A DNA stretch of 32,000 nucleotides from Candidatus Nanosynbacter lyticus (GCF_000803625.1 NZ_CP007496.1:60001-92000), one strand, 5' to 3'; positions 16,496-26,825 are shown, numbered from the stretch's first letter. Program-made: numbers and translations. Notes: generated from the letters alone by a model not told the origin.

Positions 16496-19456
16496 ATGAG
16501 AAGAAAATACTCATTGCCTAAGGTGGGCATGCTGGCAATAGTAGTAGCTTTAGTTGTTTCGGTAACGGCGTTTTTTGTCTACACATACGCAATTCCTAGT
16601 TCACCAGCTTGGACGATAACCGGTAAATCTTGGGTCACAAAACAATTTAACCCATCTGACACTAATAACTATGGATCTAACTGGACGGCGGCTCCAGGGC
16701 GATTAAAAAATGTAAAGCCGGGAGATACGGTTGACTGGTGGCACAGCCTTTTTGTGAGTGGTGGGACCACGAGTCAAGTTGTAACGGGTGTACAGCAGGA
16801 CGTATTTGATATCACTTCAAATCAACCGATAGATAATGATTTTAGCCTGGGTAGCAGAGGTGCTTGGCATAACGAAGATCCGCAGCAACACGGTATTATT
16901 ACCGACTGGAAGGGGTATGCTTGGAAGCGAATGAACAACCCGGCGGATTATCGAAACACTACAATGGAGACGCTTAACGGTAAAACTCGCCTGGAGGATC
17001 TTCATGGTGAACTTGGAAAAAATAAATTTATGCATACGCGGATTATCAGAAATGAAGACATGGGTAAGCGTATCTGCCAGAGAATCTACTGGAGTAAACA
17101 GAATTCTTCACCGACTGCAGGCTGGGGATATTCACCTTACGCTTGTGTCGAGGTGCCGTATAATTATGATATCGAGCCATCGGTTGGTATTAGTTCTGAT
17201 TATATTGATACAAAAAACGTTACCAGTATTGAGGGTATAAATGCCGGACTGAATAATAAGGGAACAGAGAAGTCCCAGGGGTCTTCGTATGCGTTGGCTC
17301 GGTTTGTAGCTAGAGGCACAGAAGTCTCCAGTATGGCTGGCGTTAATGCTGTTTCGTTGCCAGGTGGAACTGTTCATGACTGGTCCTGCGCGGTTGTGCG
17401 ATTGATTAAGGAAAAGCATAGAGAACTTAATATTGATAACGGAACATGTAAGGAAATTGTTGCTAATGGCGGTAAGAACCAGATTCCTACCGGCCAGACA
17501 TCAATTGCCACAAACGCAACCGACAATTTGAGCGGGGTAAACCTAAATGCGAATGATAACTTATGCTATGTGGCAATGGTTAGTAATTATAATGGCTCGG
17601 CACCGTCTACAGATTTTAGATACGCGATTAAATGTATTAGGACCTCCAATAAGCCAAAAGTTCAGGTTTGGGGTGGTGATGTTAAAACTGACAAGGAGGT
17701 GATTACTAGTAAGACGTCCAACACCATACTTCAAGCAGATAGCCATAACATATTGGATAAGTCGGCTATACGGTCAATGGGTCTTTGGGCTACGGGCTTT
17801 GATGGCGATGGTAATATTCTTGGTGGTACAGTTAATTTTAGTCCTGGTGAATATAAGTATAAGGGAGGAGATGGGACTGATGCTCACTGGTCATTAATCT
17901 GTTCGCAGGATTCTTTTGGAGGTAATGGTAATCAGCGGGCTTATAGGTATAATAAGGTTTCGGGTAAATCTGAACCGACTGATTTACCAAATTGTCATAA
18001 TGATGCAAGTAATTTGACTGATGAATATCAAGCTAGGACGGCGGTGACAGCACAGTGGCAGTTGCCCGGATCGGCAGATCAGATAAGTGATGGCTGGATT
18101 CCTTGTTCTGATATACCAAATAAAGATTTGGTTGGAGATACGCGTATTATTACATATTCTCCTTTTTGTCGCAGGGGTGTTTGGCGCTCTTCGTCTAAAG
18201 CGAAGTGGATTAGTATAAATAGTTTTGGTCGCCATACCCACTCAGACTCAAAGCCGGATCCAAGTGTTACATCTGGTTGTTTAAATGCTGTAGGACCCTC
18301 AATCTTAAACTGCGGAAACACATACGTATTTAGACTAAAAAATGTGAAATTGGACGACTTAAAGAACGCTAAAAAATTGCAATTTAAGTTCTCGGGTGCA
18401 GCAGACAACTTTGTTCGAGCAAAAATTAATGGTCACGAAATGGATGTTAAAGGAAATGAAAATGGCGCCAGACCAGAGGGGACACAGTACGCAGGATGGG
18501 GACTTCCGGGATTTCTTGAGAACTCAGCGTTTACGGCTGATATTAAACCAGGCACTGTTCTGTATAGCAATGGAAATTTTATTGATGTCTATGTAAAATC
18601 TAGCCCGTCGCACGTAGGTCTGTTGATTGAGGATATATCGGTGTCTTATACGATGGATCGGGTCTATCAGAATATGTATGGATCTTGGGCGGAATATGGA
18701 ATTATTTCTGGCGGAAGGGCGGATTCAGCTTCGGGTGCCGGCCTGTCGTCGTCTTTTAATGGCCGCGACAACTTAACAATGCGAGATTATAATAAATTGA
18801 CTTTTGCTAACACGCCGAAGTTTGGCAATTTTAGCGCAACTAGCTCTGTTCCAGATAACTTCACCCTGCCGTCTGTTGGTGGCGTAAAAGGTAGTGTCTC
18901 AGGTAATGTGAATATTAACAGTTTAGCTACGGGTGAATACACTGCCGGTAACATTAATTTAGTTGGCACTAAATTGGATGCAGGTAAGAGTATAGTTATA
19001 AAATCTACTGGTACGGTTAGGATTTCAGGAGATTTGCTGTATAGCGATTCGGGAAATGTTCGTTCATTGCCACAATTGGTAATTTATGCGAAGAATATTG
19101 TGATAGACCCTTCAGTTGGGGAGGTGAATGCTTGGCTAATTACTCCGAAAGATGGATATGTTAGCACTTGTGGCGCTGTATTTAATATGACCAATTGGTT
19201 AAGTAATGTGTCCGAAGCTTTATGTGGAAAGAAGCTAAGAATTAACGGTCCGATTAAGGCTGGCCACTTATTCTTACGCCGAACATATGGAGGAAGGCAC
19301 GCCTCCTCGGCGAAGAATGACCCGAATATGCACCCAGGAACTCCAGCCGAAATTATTAACTTGCGGGCCGATGCTTATCTTTGGTCCTACAACAACTACC
19401 GCAATACCGGTGCAATTAGCACTATGAATGTTCGTGAATTGCCGCCAAGGTATTAA
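16496..19456 (+). CDS. Large secreted/membrane-anchored surface protein, candidate pilus-associated adhesin
   Basis: 986 aa. N-terminal TM/signal segment (VGMLAIVVALVVSVTAFFVYTYA), Cys-containing ectodomain, parallel-beta-like C-terminal region (NIVIDPSVGEVNAWLI...). Directly upstream of pilM. Confidence 0.75.
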   Translation: MRRKYSLPKVGMLAIVVALVVSVTAFFVYTYAIPSSPAWTITGKSWVTKQFNPSDTNNYGSNWTAAPGRLKNVKPGDTVDWWHSLFVSGGTTSQVVTGVQQDVFDITSNQPIDNDFSLGSRGAWHNEDPQQHGIITDWKGYAWKRMNNPADYRNTTMETLNGKTRLEDLHGELGKNKFMHTRIIRNEDMGKRICQRIYWSKQNSSPTAGWGYSPYACVEVPYNYDIEPSVGISSDYIDTKNVTSIEGINAGLNNKGTEKSQGSSYALARFVARGTEVSSMAGVNAVSLPGGTVHDWSCAVVRLIKEKHRELNIDNGTCKEIVANGGKNQIPTGQTSIATNATDNLSGVNLNANDNLCYVAMVSNYNGSAPSTDFRYAIKCIRTSNKPKVQVWGGDVKTDKEVITSKTSNTILQADSHNILDKSAIRSMGLWATGFDGDGNILGGTVNFSPGEYKYKGGDGTDAHWSLICSQDSFGGNGNQRAYRYNKVSGKSEPTDLPNCHNDASNLTDEYQARTAVTAQWQLPGSADQISDGWIPCSDIPNKDLVGDTRIITYSPFCRRGVWRSSSKAKWISINSFGRHTHSDSKPDPSVTSGCLNAVGPSILNCGNTYVFRLKNVKLDDLKNAKKLQFKFSGAADNFVRAKINGHEMDVKGNENGARPEGTQYAGWGLPGFLENSAFTADIKPGTVLYSNGNFIDVYVKSSPSHVGLLIEDISVSYTMDRVYQNMYGSWAEYGIISGGRADSASGAGLSSSFNGRDNLTMRDYNKLTFANTPKFGNFSATSSVPDNFTLPSVGGVKGSVSGNVNINSLATGEYTAGNINLVGTKLDAGKSIVIKSTGTVRISGDLLYSDSGNVRSLPQLVIYAKNIVIDPSVGEVNAWLITPKDGYVSTCGAVFNMTNWLSNVSEALCGKKLRINGPIKAGHLFLRRTYGGRHASSAKNDPNMHPGTPAEIINLRADAYLWSYNNYRNTGAISTMNVRELPPRY

Positions 19457-19460
19457 AAGT

Positions 19461-19489
19461 TTGCAAATTAAAACGCTAATGTATATAAT
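19461..19489 (+). promoter_or_regulatory. pilM operon promoter: TTGCAA (19461-19466), 17 nt, TATAAT (19484-19489)
   Basis: Read directly. Same -35 and spacing as rpsO. Confidence 0.72.
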
Positions 19490-19500
19490 TATTATTAGTT

Positions 19501-20547
19501 ATGAAATTAGCAAAAGGGTTGGGCGACTTCTTCGGACTAGACATCGACACAAATGCTGTGCGAGTGGTTCAGTTGTCTCGTGCTGGCACGGGATGGAGTT
19601 TGTCTCATTATGGTTACACGCCAGTTGATTCTAAGATATCAAGTGGTGATTCTCCCGAGGCGCGGCGACGTCTAGGGGAGGCAATTATGACTGCCGTCGG
19701 TCAGGCTGGTATTAAGACGTCTAATGTGGCCGTTGGATTGCCGTCAAATAAAACGTTTTCGACTGTGATTGACGTGCCAAAAGTTTCTGAGCAGGAACTA
19801 AAGGCGATGATGAAATATCAGGTTGACCAGTATATACCGATGCCGTTAGACGAAGCAGAAGTTGACTGGGTAATGTTGGGTGATAGTCTTCATGCTCAGA
19901 ATCAATATGAAATTTTGCTGACAAGTACAGCAAAAACTTACGCAGAAGAAAGGCTAGAGTTGGTTGAGGGGCTTGGCTTTAATGTGATAGCCGAGGAACC
20001 AAACGCTATTGCTATGGCTCGTTCTCTGCTGGTTTCTGATTCTCAGGATGCTCGCTTAATTATTAACGTGGGTGAAAATTCGACAGATTTAGCAGTGGTA
20101 TATAATGGTGCGCCAAGGTTGATTCGTATGATTCCAACTGGACTCTCATCATTGGTCCGCGCAGCTGTTCAGAATTTAAACGTACAAGAAGATCAGGCTC
20201 GTCAGTTTATTCTTAAATTTGGTTTGGCTCCAGATAAATTAGACGGCCAAGTGTTAAGGGCAATTGATTCGACTTTGGATAGTTTTTCCTCAGAGCTGGT
20301 TAAATCTATTAAGTTTTTCCAGACTAGGTATCCTAATGTAGCGGTTTCTGGTATTTTACTGTCTGGTTTTGGCTCGGCTATTCCGCAGATGGATAGTTAT
20401 GTAATGAATAAGGCTGGCATCCAGTCAATTACCGCCGACCCTTGGCAGCGAGTTCAGGTGTCTCAGACTGATCAGCAACAATTGGCGCCGATTGCCTCAG
20501 AATTTGCTATTGCTGTTGGTTTAGCACAGAGGAGTAACATGTCATGA
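19501..20547 (+). CDS. pilM: Type IV pilus assembly protein PilM
   Basis: Actin-like ATPase fold sequence (FFGLDIDTNAVRVVQLSR...); first gene of a pilMNO array. Confidence 0.93.
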   Translation: MKLAKGLGDFFGLDIDTNAVRVVQLSRAGTGWSLSHYGYTPVDSKISSGDSPEARRRLGEAIMTAVGQAGIKTSNVAVGLPSNKTFSTVIDVPKVSEQELKAMMKYQVDQYIPMPLDEAEVDWVMLGDSLHAQNQYEILLTSTAKTYAEERLELVEGLGFNVIAEEPNAIAMARSLLVSDSQDARLIINVGENSTDLAVVYNGAPRLIRMIPTGLSSLVRAAVQNLNVQEDQARQFILKFGLAPDKLDGQVLRAIDSTLDSFSSELVKSIKFFQTRYPNVAVSGILLSGFGSAIPQMDSYVMNKAGIQSITADPWQRVQVSQTDQQQLAPIASEFAIAVGLAQRSNMS

Positions 20548-21281
20548 TTGAAATAAACCTTATTCCGAATGTTAAGCGAGAGTTGTTGAAAACTCGAGCA
20601 ATGCGCAATCGCGTTATCTCTGTATCGTTTTTGATAGGTGGGGCTTCAATTGCAGCAGTGGTTGTTCTGGCGGTAATTTTAGGTGGACAAATTGCAGCCG
20701 AAGCGGTGCAGAATAGCGGCATTAAAGATCGAAATGATAAGCTTATGTCTGTGGAGGATCTTAATAAGGTTGTAACAATCCAAAATCAGCTTTCAAAGAT
20801 TAACGAGCAGCATGCTGGTAAGAAAATTAATTCGAGGGTGTTTGATGTAGTTTCAGCTGTAAATCCAGTAGCGCCTAATAATGTTAGCTTTTCAAATATA
20901 AAGATTAGTCCAGAGTCTAAGACTATCACCTTAGAAGGTAGCGCTGTTAATGGTTATAGTGCTTTGGAGACCTTAAAGAAGACTATTCTAAGCACTAAAA
21001 TCCGAACAACTGATGGAGATAAAACTTCTGAAGTGGAATTAACCAAAGATATAAAAGATGGCGATACTAGTTTTGGTGAAAACTCAGAAGGTAAAAAAGT
21101 TTTGCAGTTCTCGTTCTCATTTGAGTACACTGAACAATTATTAGCGCCAGCACCAAATGGTACGGTTTCAGTTATAACGCCAACAACTAAAATTGATATG
21201 ACTGATTCACGCCAAGGTATTCCGGATAGTTTGTTTAAGAGTAATTCGGTAAAACAGGAGAAAAATAATGGCAGCCGATAA
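20544..21281 (+). CDS. pilN: PilN-like protein
   Basis: MIEINLIPNVKRELL start motif and one TM helix; overlaps the pilM stop (ATGA). Confidence 0.85.
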   Translation: MIEINLIPNVKRELLKTRAMRNRVISVSFLIGGASIAAVVVLAVILGGQIAAEAVQNSGIKDRNDKLMSVEDLNKVVTIQNQLSKINEQHAGKKINSRVFDVVSAVNPVAPNNVSFSNIKISPESKTITLEGSAVNGYSALETLKKTILSTKIRTTDGDKTSEVELTKDIKDGDTSFGENSEGKKVLQFSFSFEYTEQLLAPAPNGTVSVITPTTKIDMTDSRQGIPDSLFKSNSVKQEKNNGSR

Positions 21282-21936
21282 TAAAGGGGTGGCAATTCGC
21301 AAGCGCCAGCAGATTGATTCTTCAAAAAAGACAATGTTTATTTTTGTGGCAAGCGCAGCTTTCTTGGCGGGAATTGCACTGGTTGTCAGTATATTTCTGA
21401 TTCAGCAAATTGTTTTCCATTCAAAGATTATTATTGAGAAGCAGAGTACAATTTCTCGTTTAGATAAGAACTTAAAAACCATTGATGAATTAAAGAAAAA
21501 CATTAGGGTTTTAGACACAAACACAGCGCTTAACTCTATAAAATCAAGTGACGAGAGTAATGCGTTGCAGACTATTCTTGACGCCCTTCCAGATAATCCT
21601 AATGCTGACGCCTTTGGTGCTTCTTTGAAGAATAAGTTTATCGATACGACAACTGGTGTGACAATTCAGAGTCTGTCGGTGTCGCAAGCTGGTTCTGGTG
21701 GCGAGGGTTCTGAGTCTGCTCCGGCTAACACGGTATCGTTTACGATGGAAGTTAGCGGACCAGCTGATAGACTAAAGGAGCTATTAACTAAATTAGAGTC
21801 ATCAATTCGCGTGATTGATCTAAAGGCTTTAGAGATTCAGCGTAATGAAGATAAATTAAGCTTAGTAGTGCGGGGTGTTGCTTATTATCAGCCAGCGCAA
21901 ACAGTACAATTAGAAAATAAGGTGGTAAAGCCATGA
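21268..21936 (+). CDS. pilO: PilO-like protein
   Basis: One TM helix, coiled coil, C-terminal alpha/beta domain; position after pilN. Confidence 0.72.
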   Translation: MAADNKGVAIRKRQQIDSSKKTMFIFVASAAFLAGIALVVSIFLIQQIVFHSKIIIEKQSTISRLDKNLKTIDELKKNIRVLDTNTALNSIKSSDESNALQTILDALPDNPNADAFGASLKNKFIDTTTGVTIQSLSVSQAGSGGEGSESAPANTVSFTMEVSGPADRLKELLTKLESSIRVIDLKALEIQRNEDKLSLVVRGVAYYQPAQTVQLENKVVKP

Positions 21937-22163
21937 AGAAAACAGACATAGCTATGGTGATATTGATTGCAGGCGTGGGTGTAGCTATCGGCTATATTGT
22001 CGCCTCTAATATATCATTTTTAAAGGTTCCAAAATCTGGAGCAAAGGTCCAAACTATTAGAGAAATATCATCTGATGTTGAAAAACCAAACCCAGCAATT
22101 TTCAATAAGAATGCGATAAATCCAACTGTTGAGGTGTTTGTGGGTCAAAATGCGGCCAAATAG
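21933..22163 (+). CDS. Small single-pass membrane protein, 76 aa, within pil operon
   Basis: ATGA overlap with the preceding gene; hydrophobic AMVILIAGVGVAIGYIVA. Confidence 0.7.
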   Translation: MKKTDIAMVILIAGVGVAIGYIVASNISFLKVPKSGAKVQTIREISSDVEKPNPAIFNKNAINPTVEVFVGQNAAK

Positions 22164-22177
22164 AGAAAGGACGTAGG

Positions 22178-23938
22178 ATGGCTTTACTGACGGACGATAT
22201 TCAGGACAAATTGATTGAGCTGCTGATAAACGAAGGACTTATTGAGAAGTCTGTTATTGATGACGCCTTAAAACGTGCTTCTGAGAATAATAAGCCACTG
22301 TTTAGCTTGCTGAGCGAAGAGGGGCTGCTTGATAATGAGCTTTTAGTCCATGGCGTGGCTCAGGTTTCGGGTGTGCCATATGTTAACTTGTCTAATAGTG
22401 TTATTAGTCAGGATATTTTATCTCTGTTGTCTTCTGATGTTGCTGAACGTTTTATGGCGGTGCCTCTAGCAGAAGTTCAAAACCGTCTAGCAGTGGCGAT
22501 GATTGACGCCAATAATGTCCAGGCGGTTGACTATCTGTCGAATCGTATTCAGCGACCAATTAAAGTCTTTATGGCCTCAGAAGAGAGTGTACGTCACGTC
22601 CTTGATCAATATAAAACTGATTTATCATCTGTTAATGTGGCAGCTGAAGCGTCCCAAGAAGAATCTCTGTCGGAAGCTGGCAATATTAAAACTATTGTTC
22701 AGGATTCGCCCATTTCACGGGCATTATCGACTATTTTGGAATATGCTGTAAGAAGCCATGCTTCGGATGTTCATATTGAGCCATTAGAAAAAGCCTTGAA
22801 AATTCGTTGTCGGGTTGATGGTGTTTTGCGCGAGATTATGCAACTACCAAAAAGTATTGAGCCGGCTTTGGTGAGTCGTATTAAAATTCTTTCCAACCTA
22901 AAAATTGACGAACATCGTATGCCACAGGATGGTCAATTTGCGGTTAATGTTGCGGGTAAGGAAGTTGACTTGCGTATTGCTATTTCTCCGGTTGTTTGGG
23001 GTGAACAGGTGGTTGTTCGTTTGTTAGACAAGAGTGGGAGCTCTTTTAATCTGGAAGATATGGGTTATGCTGGGCGCGCTCTACGGACAATTCGCAAGGG
23101 AATTAAGCGTCCTAATGGTATGATTCTGACATCTGGTCCAACTGGCTCTGGTAAGTCCACCAGCTTATATGCGTTAATTAAAGAAATTAAGAATGATACT
23201 GTTAATATTGTGACGCTTGAGGATCCGGTTGAGTATAAGATGGACGGAGTGAACCAAATTCAGGTTAACGCGGAAGTTGGATTAACGTTTGCTTCTGGAC
23301 TTCGCTCGATTTTGCGTCAAGATCCAGACATCGTGATGGTGGGTGAGATCCGCGACAACGAGACAGCCAATCTAGCGATTCAAGCAGCGTTAACGGGGCA
23401 TCTGGTGTTCTCGACGCTGCACACTAATTCTGCCGCCGGCGTGTTGCCGCGATTGCTCGACATGGGGATTGAGCCGTTTCTTATTGCCAGTACAGTCAAT
23501 ACGATTATTGGGCAGCGTCTAGTTAGGCGAGTGGCACGTCGGCGTGATATATATCAATCGTCACCTCTGGAAACACAGGCAATTCGGGAGGCGGTTGGTG
23601 GATTATTGCCTCAGACAAAAGAGCAGGTTGCCCAGTTTGCACAAGATTTGGGCTATGAAAGTCTGCCGCTGGCAACGCAGACCTCATTTGCCTTAGCAAG
23701 GGGTAAGGATACGCCTCAAACTCCGCGCGGTTACTCTGGTCGAGCCGGTCTATATGAAGTGATGGATATTACTGAGGAAATTCAGAATTTAATCGTTAAG
23801 CGTGCTACGTCAGCTGAAATCCAGCGAATGGCGATTCAGCAAGGCATGATTACGATGCGCCAGGATGGATACCTGAAGGCGTTAAACGGAATAACGACAA
23901 TAGAAGAAGTTAATAGAGTAGCGGCGGATACCGCGTAA
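22178..23938 (+). CDS. pilB: Type IV pilus assembly ATPase PilB/GspE family
   Basis: N-terminal GspE/MshEN-like domain, Walker A GPTGSGKST, Asp box, Walker B (DPDIVMVGEIRD), His box. Confidence 0.93.
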   Translation: MALLTDDIQDKLIELLINEGLIEKSVIDDALKRASENNKPLFSLLSEEGLLDNELLVHGVAQVSGVPYVNLSNSVISQDILSLLSSDVAERFMAVPLAEVQNRLAVAMIDANNVQAVDYLSNRIQRPIKVFMASEESVRHVLDQYKTDLSSVNVAAEASQEESLSEAGNIKTIVQDSPISRALSTILEYAVRSHASDVHIEPLEKALKIRCRVDGVLREIMQLPKSIEPALVSRIKILSNLKIDEHRMPQDGQFAVNVAGKEVDLRIAISPVVWGEQVVVRLLDKSGSSFNLEDMGYAGRALRTIRKGIKRPNGMILTSGPTGSGKSTSLYALIKEIKNDTVNIVTLEDPVEYKMDGVNQIQVNAEVGLTFASGLRSILRQDPDIVMVGEIRDNETANLAIQAALTGHLVFSTLHTNSAAGVLPRLLDMGIEPFLIASTVNTIIGQRLVRRVARRRDIYQSSPLETQAIREAVGGLLPQTKEQVAQFAQDLGYESLPLATQTSFALARGKDTPQTPRGYSGRAGLYEVMDITEEIQNLIVKRATSAEIQRMAIQQGMITMRQDGYLKALNGITTIEEVNRVAADTA

Positions 23939-23950
23939 AAAGGAGGAAAT

Positions 23951-25021
23951 ATGAATAATCAAGAATTGCGAATTGAAATTTTACTAGAAGAGGTTGTTAA
24001 AAAACGCGCTTCTGACCTTCATATTCAAGTTGGGCTTCCGCCGATGCTTAGGATTGATGGCGCATTGGTGCCGGCGTCGGGCACTCAGCCACTTGATGAG
24101 CCAGCGGTTGAGCGACTGGTATTTCAGATACTTGATGAAGATCAGCGACAGATCTTACTGAAAGATAAAGAATTCGACTTTTCGTTTGCGTTTGGTACAC
24201 TGGGTCGATTCCGAGTAAACGCTTTTCATGAGCGCGGCAATTTGGCTGCGGCTCTGCGTCTGATCCCGAACGAGATTAAGTCGGCGTCTGAACTCGGTAT
24301 GCCACCGGTTGTAAATTCATTTGCTGATTTTCCACGCGGTTTAGTGTTAGTGACTGGTCCAACCGGCTCTGGTAAGTCGACGACCTTGGCAGCATTGGTT
24401 GATAAAATCAACTCTGAGCGCTCACAGCATATCATTACAATTGAAGATCCGATTGAGTTTACGCATAAATCAAAGAAGTCGGTGGTGGTCCAGCGTGAAG
24501 TTCACTACGATACTTACTCATTTTCAGCAGCGTTACGATCCAGCTTACGTCAGGATCCAGATGTTGTGCTGATCGGTGAGATGCGTGACCTGGAGACTAT
24601 TTCAGCAGCCATTACTATCGCTGAAACTGGACACTTGGTATTTGCAACTCTACACACCAACTCAGCAGCACAGTCAATTGACCGTATGATTGACGTGTTC
24701 CCGCCGCATCAGCAGCCACAAATTCGGGCTCAGCTATCAAACATTTTGATGGCTATCTGTTCGCAGCGTTTGGTGCCGGCTATCGGGGGTGGTCGTGTAG
24801 TTGCGGCAGAAGTTTTGATTGCCAATCCAGCAGTGCGTAATATTATTCGCGAAGGTAAATCACATCAGCTAGACGCGGTTATTCAGACCGGTGCCGATCA
24901 AGGAATGCAGACGATGGACCGAACGCTGGTCAACCTGGTGCAGAATGGTACGATTACGTACGATAATGCGCGTGAGTTTGCGGTTGACTTGACGGAATTT
25001 GAGAGGCTAATGAGGGGGTAG
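23951..25021 (+). CDS. pilT: Twitching motility retraction ATPase PilT
   Basis: ASDLHIQVGLPPMLRIDG, GPTGSGKSTTLAALVD, GEMRDLETI, HTNSAAQSIDRMID. Confidence 0.95.
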   Translation: MNNQELRIEILLEEVVKKRASDLHIQVGLPPMLRIDGALVPASGTQPLDEPAVERLVFQILDEDQRQILLKDKEFDFSFAFGTLGRFRVNAFHERGNLAAALRLIPNEIKSASELGMPPVVNSFADFPRGLVLVTGPTGSGKSTTLAALVDKINSERSQHIITIEDPIEFTHKSKKSVVVQREVHYDTYSFSAALRSSLRQDPDVVLIGEMRDLETISAAITIAETGHLVFATLHTNSAAQSIDRMIDVFPPHQQPQIRAQLSNILMAICSQRLVPAIGGGRVVAAEVLIANPAVRNIIREGKSHQLDAVIQTGADQGMQTMDRTLVNLVQNGTITYDNAREFAVDLTEFERLMRG

Positions 25022-25024
25022 TAG

Positions 25025-26239
25025 ATGAAGAAGTACAATTACGAAGCCAGAGATAGTGCTAGTAATAAAATTGTTAAATCTGTAGTTCAGGCTGAAAGTG
25101 AAAATGCTGCTGCAAAGTTATTGACGACGCAGGGTTTTGTACCCTTAAAAATTGAACTACAAGATGATAAAACGGGTTTCTTTGCAAAGTTATCTGGTAG
25201 AATCACTACTAAAGATAAAGTGGTGTTCACTCGTCAGCTAGCGACACTTATTGGGGCGGGCTTGCCATTATCTCAGAGTCTTAGGACGGTTCAGGAGCAG
25301 ACTACTAATAAGCGGATGCAAGAAATCGTTCAAGAGATTATCTCTGATGTGGAGGGTGGTAAATCATTGTCTGACTCATTTGCTAAGCACCCGGAGGCTT
25401 TCAATAAGGTGTACGTGGCGCTGGTTGCAGCTGGTGAAACTTCAGGTACAATGGACGAATCTTTGAAAAGGCTAGCCGCTCAGCAGGAAAAAGATGCTGC
25501 CATGATGAGCAAGATCCGTGGTGCTATGATGTATCCATCAATTGTCTTGGCGGTGATTATCTTAGTGGTTGGTTTTATGTTGTTTACAGTGGTGCCACAG
25601 GTTGAGGGACTATATCGCGACTTAAATAAAGGTCTGCCGTTCATAACATTAATCATGATTAATGTGGCTAATTTTTTTATTCACTTTTGGTGGCTCGCAT
25701 TGTTGGTAATGATTATTGGCGGCTATTTTTTGGTACAATACCTAAAAACCGAGCAGGGCATTAGAACTAAAGACACATTTAAGCTTAATGTTCCATTATT
25801 TAAGGGGATGTTCCGAAAAATGTATATGGCGCGGTTTTCCAGAACAGGCCAAGTTCTGCTAAGCACTGGTGTGCCGATGCTTGATATGCTTCGTATTTCG
25901 TCGGATGCAGTCAATAACATGATTATTAGCGAAGGTATTATCCGAGCAGCGGATAAGGTAAAGGGCGGAAAAGCCCTCTCGGCATCTTTGTCGAATGAGG
26001 AATATTTCTTAACGATGGTGCCACAAATGATTAAAATCGGCGAGCAGTCGGGTAAGATTGACGAAATGATGGGGAAAACTGCTCAGGTGTATGAAGACGA
26101 GCTTGATGAAGAGATCCGCGCTTTATCGACCGCTATAGAGCCGGTTCTGATGGTATTTCTAGCATTAGTTGCCGGTACGATGGTTGCTGCAATACTATTC
26201 CCAATCTATAGTTTGGTTGGCAATATAAATATTCACTAG
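25025..26239 (+). CDS. pilC: Type IV pilus inner membrane platform protein PilC
   Basis: 404 aa with duplicated GspF domains (FTRQLATLIGAGLPLSQSL; FSRTGQVLLSTGVPMLDML). Confidence 0.95.
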   Translation: MKKYNYEARDSASNKIVKSVVQAESENAAAKLLTTQGFVPLKIELQDDKTGFFAKLSGRITTKDKVVFTRQLATLIGAGLPLSQSLRTVQEQTTNKRMQEIVQEIISDVEGGKSLSDSFAKHPEAFNKVYVALVAAGETSGTMDESLKRLAAQQEKDAAMMSKIRGAMMYPSIVLAVIILVVGFMLFTVVPQVEGLYRDLNKGLPFITLIMINVANFFIHFWWLALLVMIIGGYFLVQYLKTEQGIRTKDTFKLNVPLFKGMFRKMYMARFSRTGQVLLSTGVPMLDMLRISSDAVNNMIISEGIIRAADKVKGGKALSASLSNEEYFLTMVPQMIKIGEQSGKIDEMMGKTAQVYEDELDEEIRALSTAIEPVLMVFLALVAGTMVAAILFPIYSLVGNINIH

Positions 26240-26324
26240 ACGACCAGGTGATTTTGGTGTATTATAAGCGTAAGCATTTTTTTGCACAAATATAAGCATA
26301 AGCCATAGAAAGGTGGAAATTTCA

Positions 26325-26804
26325 ATGGTAAATAAAGACAACAAAAAAGGATTTACAATCATCGAGGTAGTTTTAGTCCTGGCTATTGCTGGACTTATCT
26401 TCGCGATGGTATTTATCGCATTACCAGCTTTGCAGCGCAGCCAGCATGACCAGTCGAGAAAGAATGACGCCTCAACAGTTGCTGCAGCTATTACTAACTG
26501 GAATTCTGCCAACCGTAACGGCGGAACCTTCAACGAGGAATCTTTACGCAAATATGTTGATAAACTTGATCAATATGATAAGAATTCAGAGCTGAAGGTG
26601 GTCGCTACCGGTTCATCAATGTCGGTTGCTGGTAATGAGATTAAGGTGATGCGCGGCCGTAAGTGTCCGTCCAGTATGCCGGCTCCATCTGCAGACGATC
26701 CAGCAAACATTACCTTAGAGAATGGCTCCTCGCGCAATGCTGCCGTCGTGGTGTTGTTGGAGAACAATGGATCTCAGAAACAATTGTACTGTCAGGATGT
26801 ATAG
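26325..26804 (+). CDS. Type IV prepilin, probable major pilin
   Basis: KKG/FTIIEVVLVLAIAGLIF prepilin site. SD AAAGGTGG is 8 nt before ATG 26325, preferred over GTG 26313. Confidence 0.88.
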   Translation: MVNKDNKKGFTIIEVVLVLAIAGLIFAMVFIALPALQRSQHDQSRKNDASTVAAAITNWNSANRNGGTFNEESLRKYVDKLDQYDKNSELKVVATGSSMSVAGNEIKVMRGRKCPSSMPAPSADDPANITLENGSSRNAAVVVLLENNGSQKQLYCQDV

Positions 26805-26825
26805 ATAAGGAACATTTACATAAGG

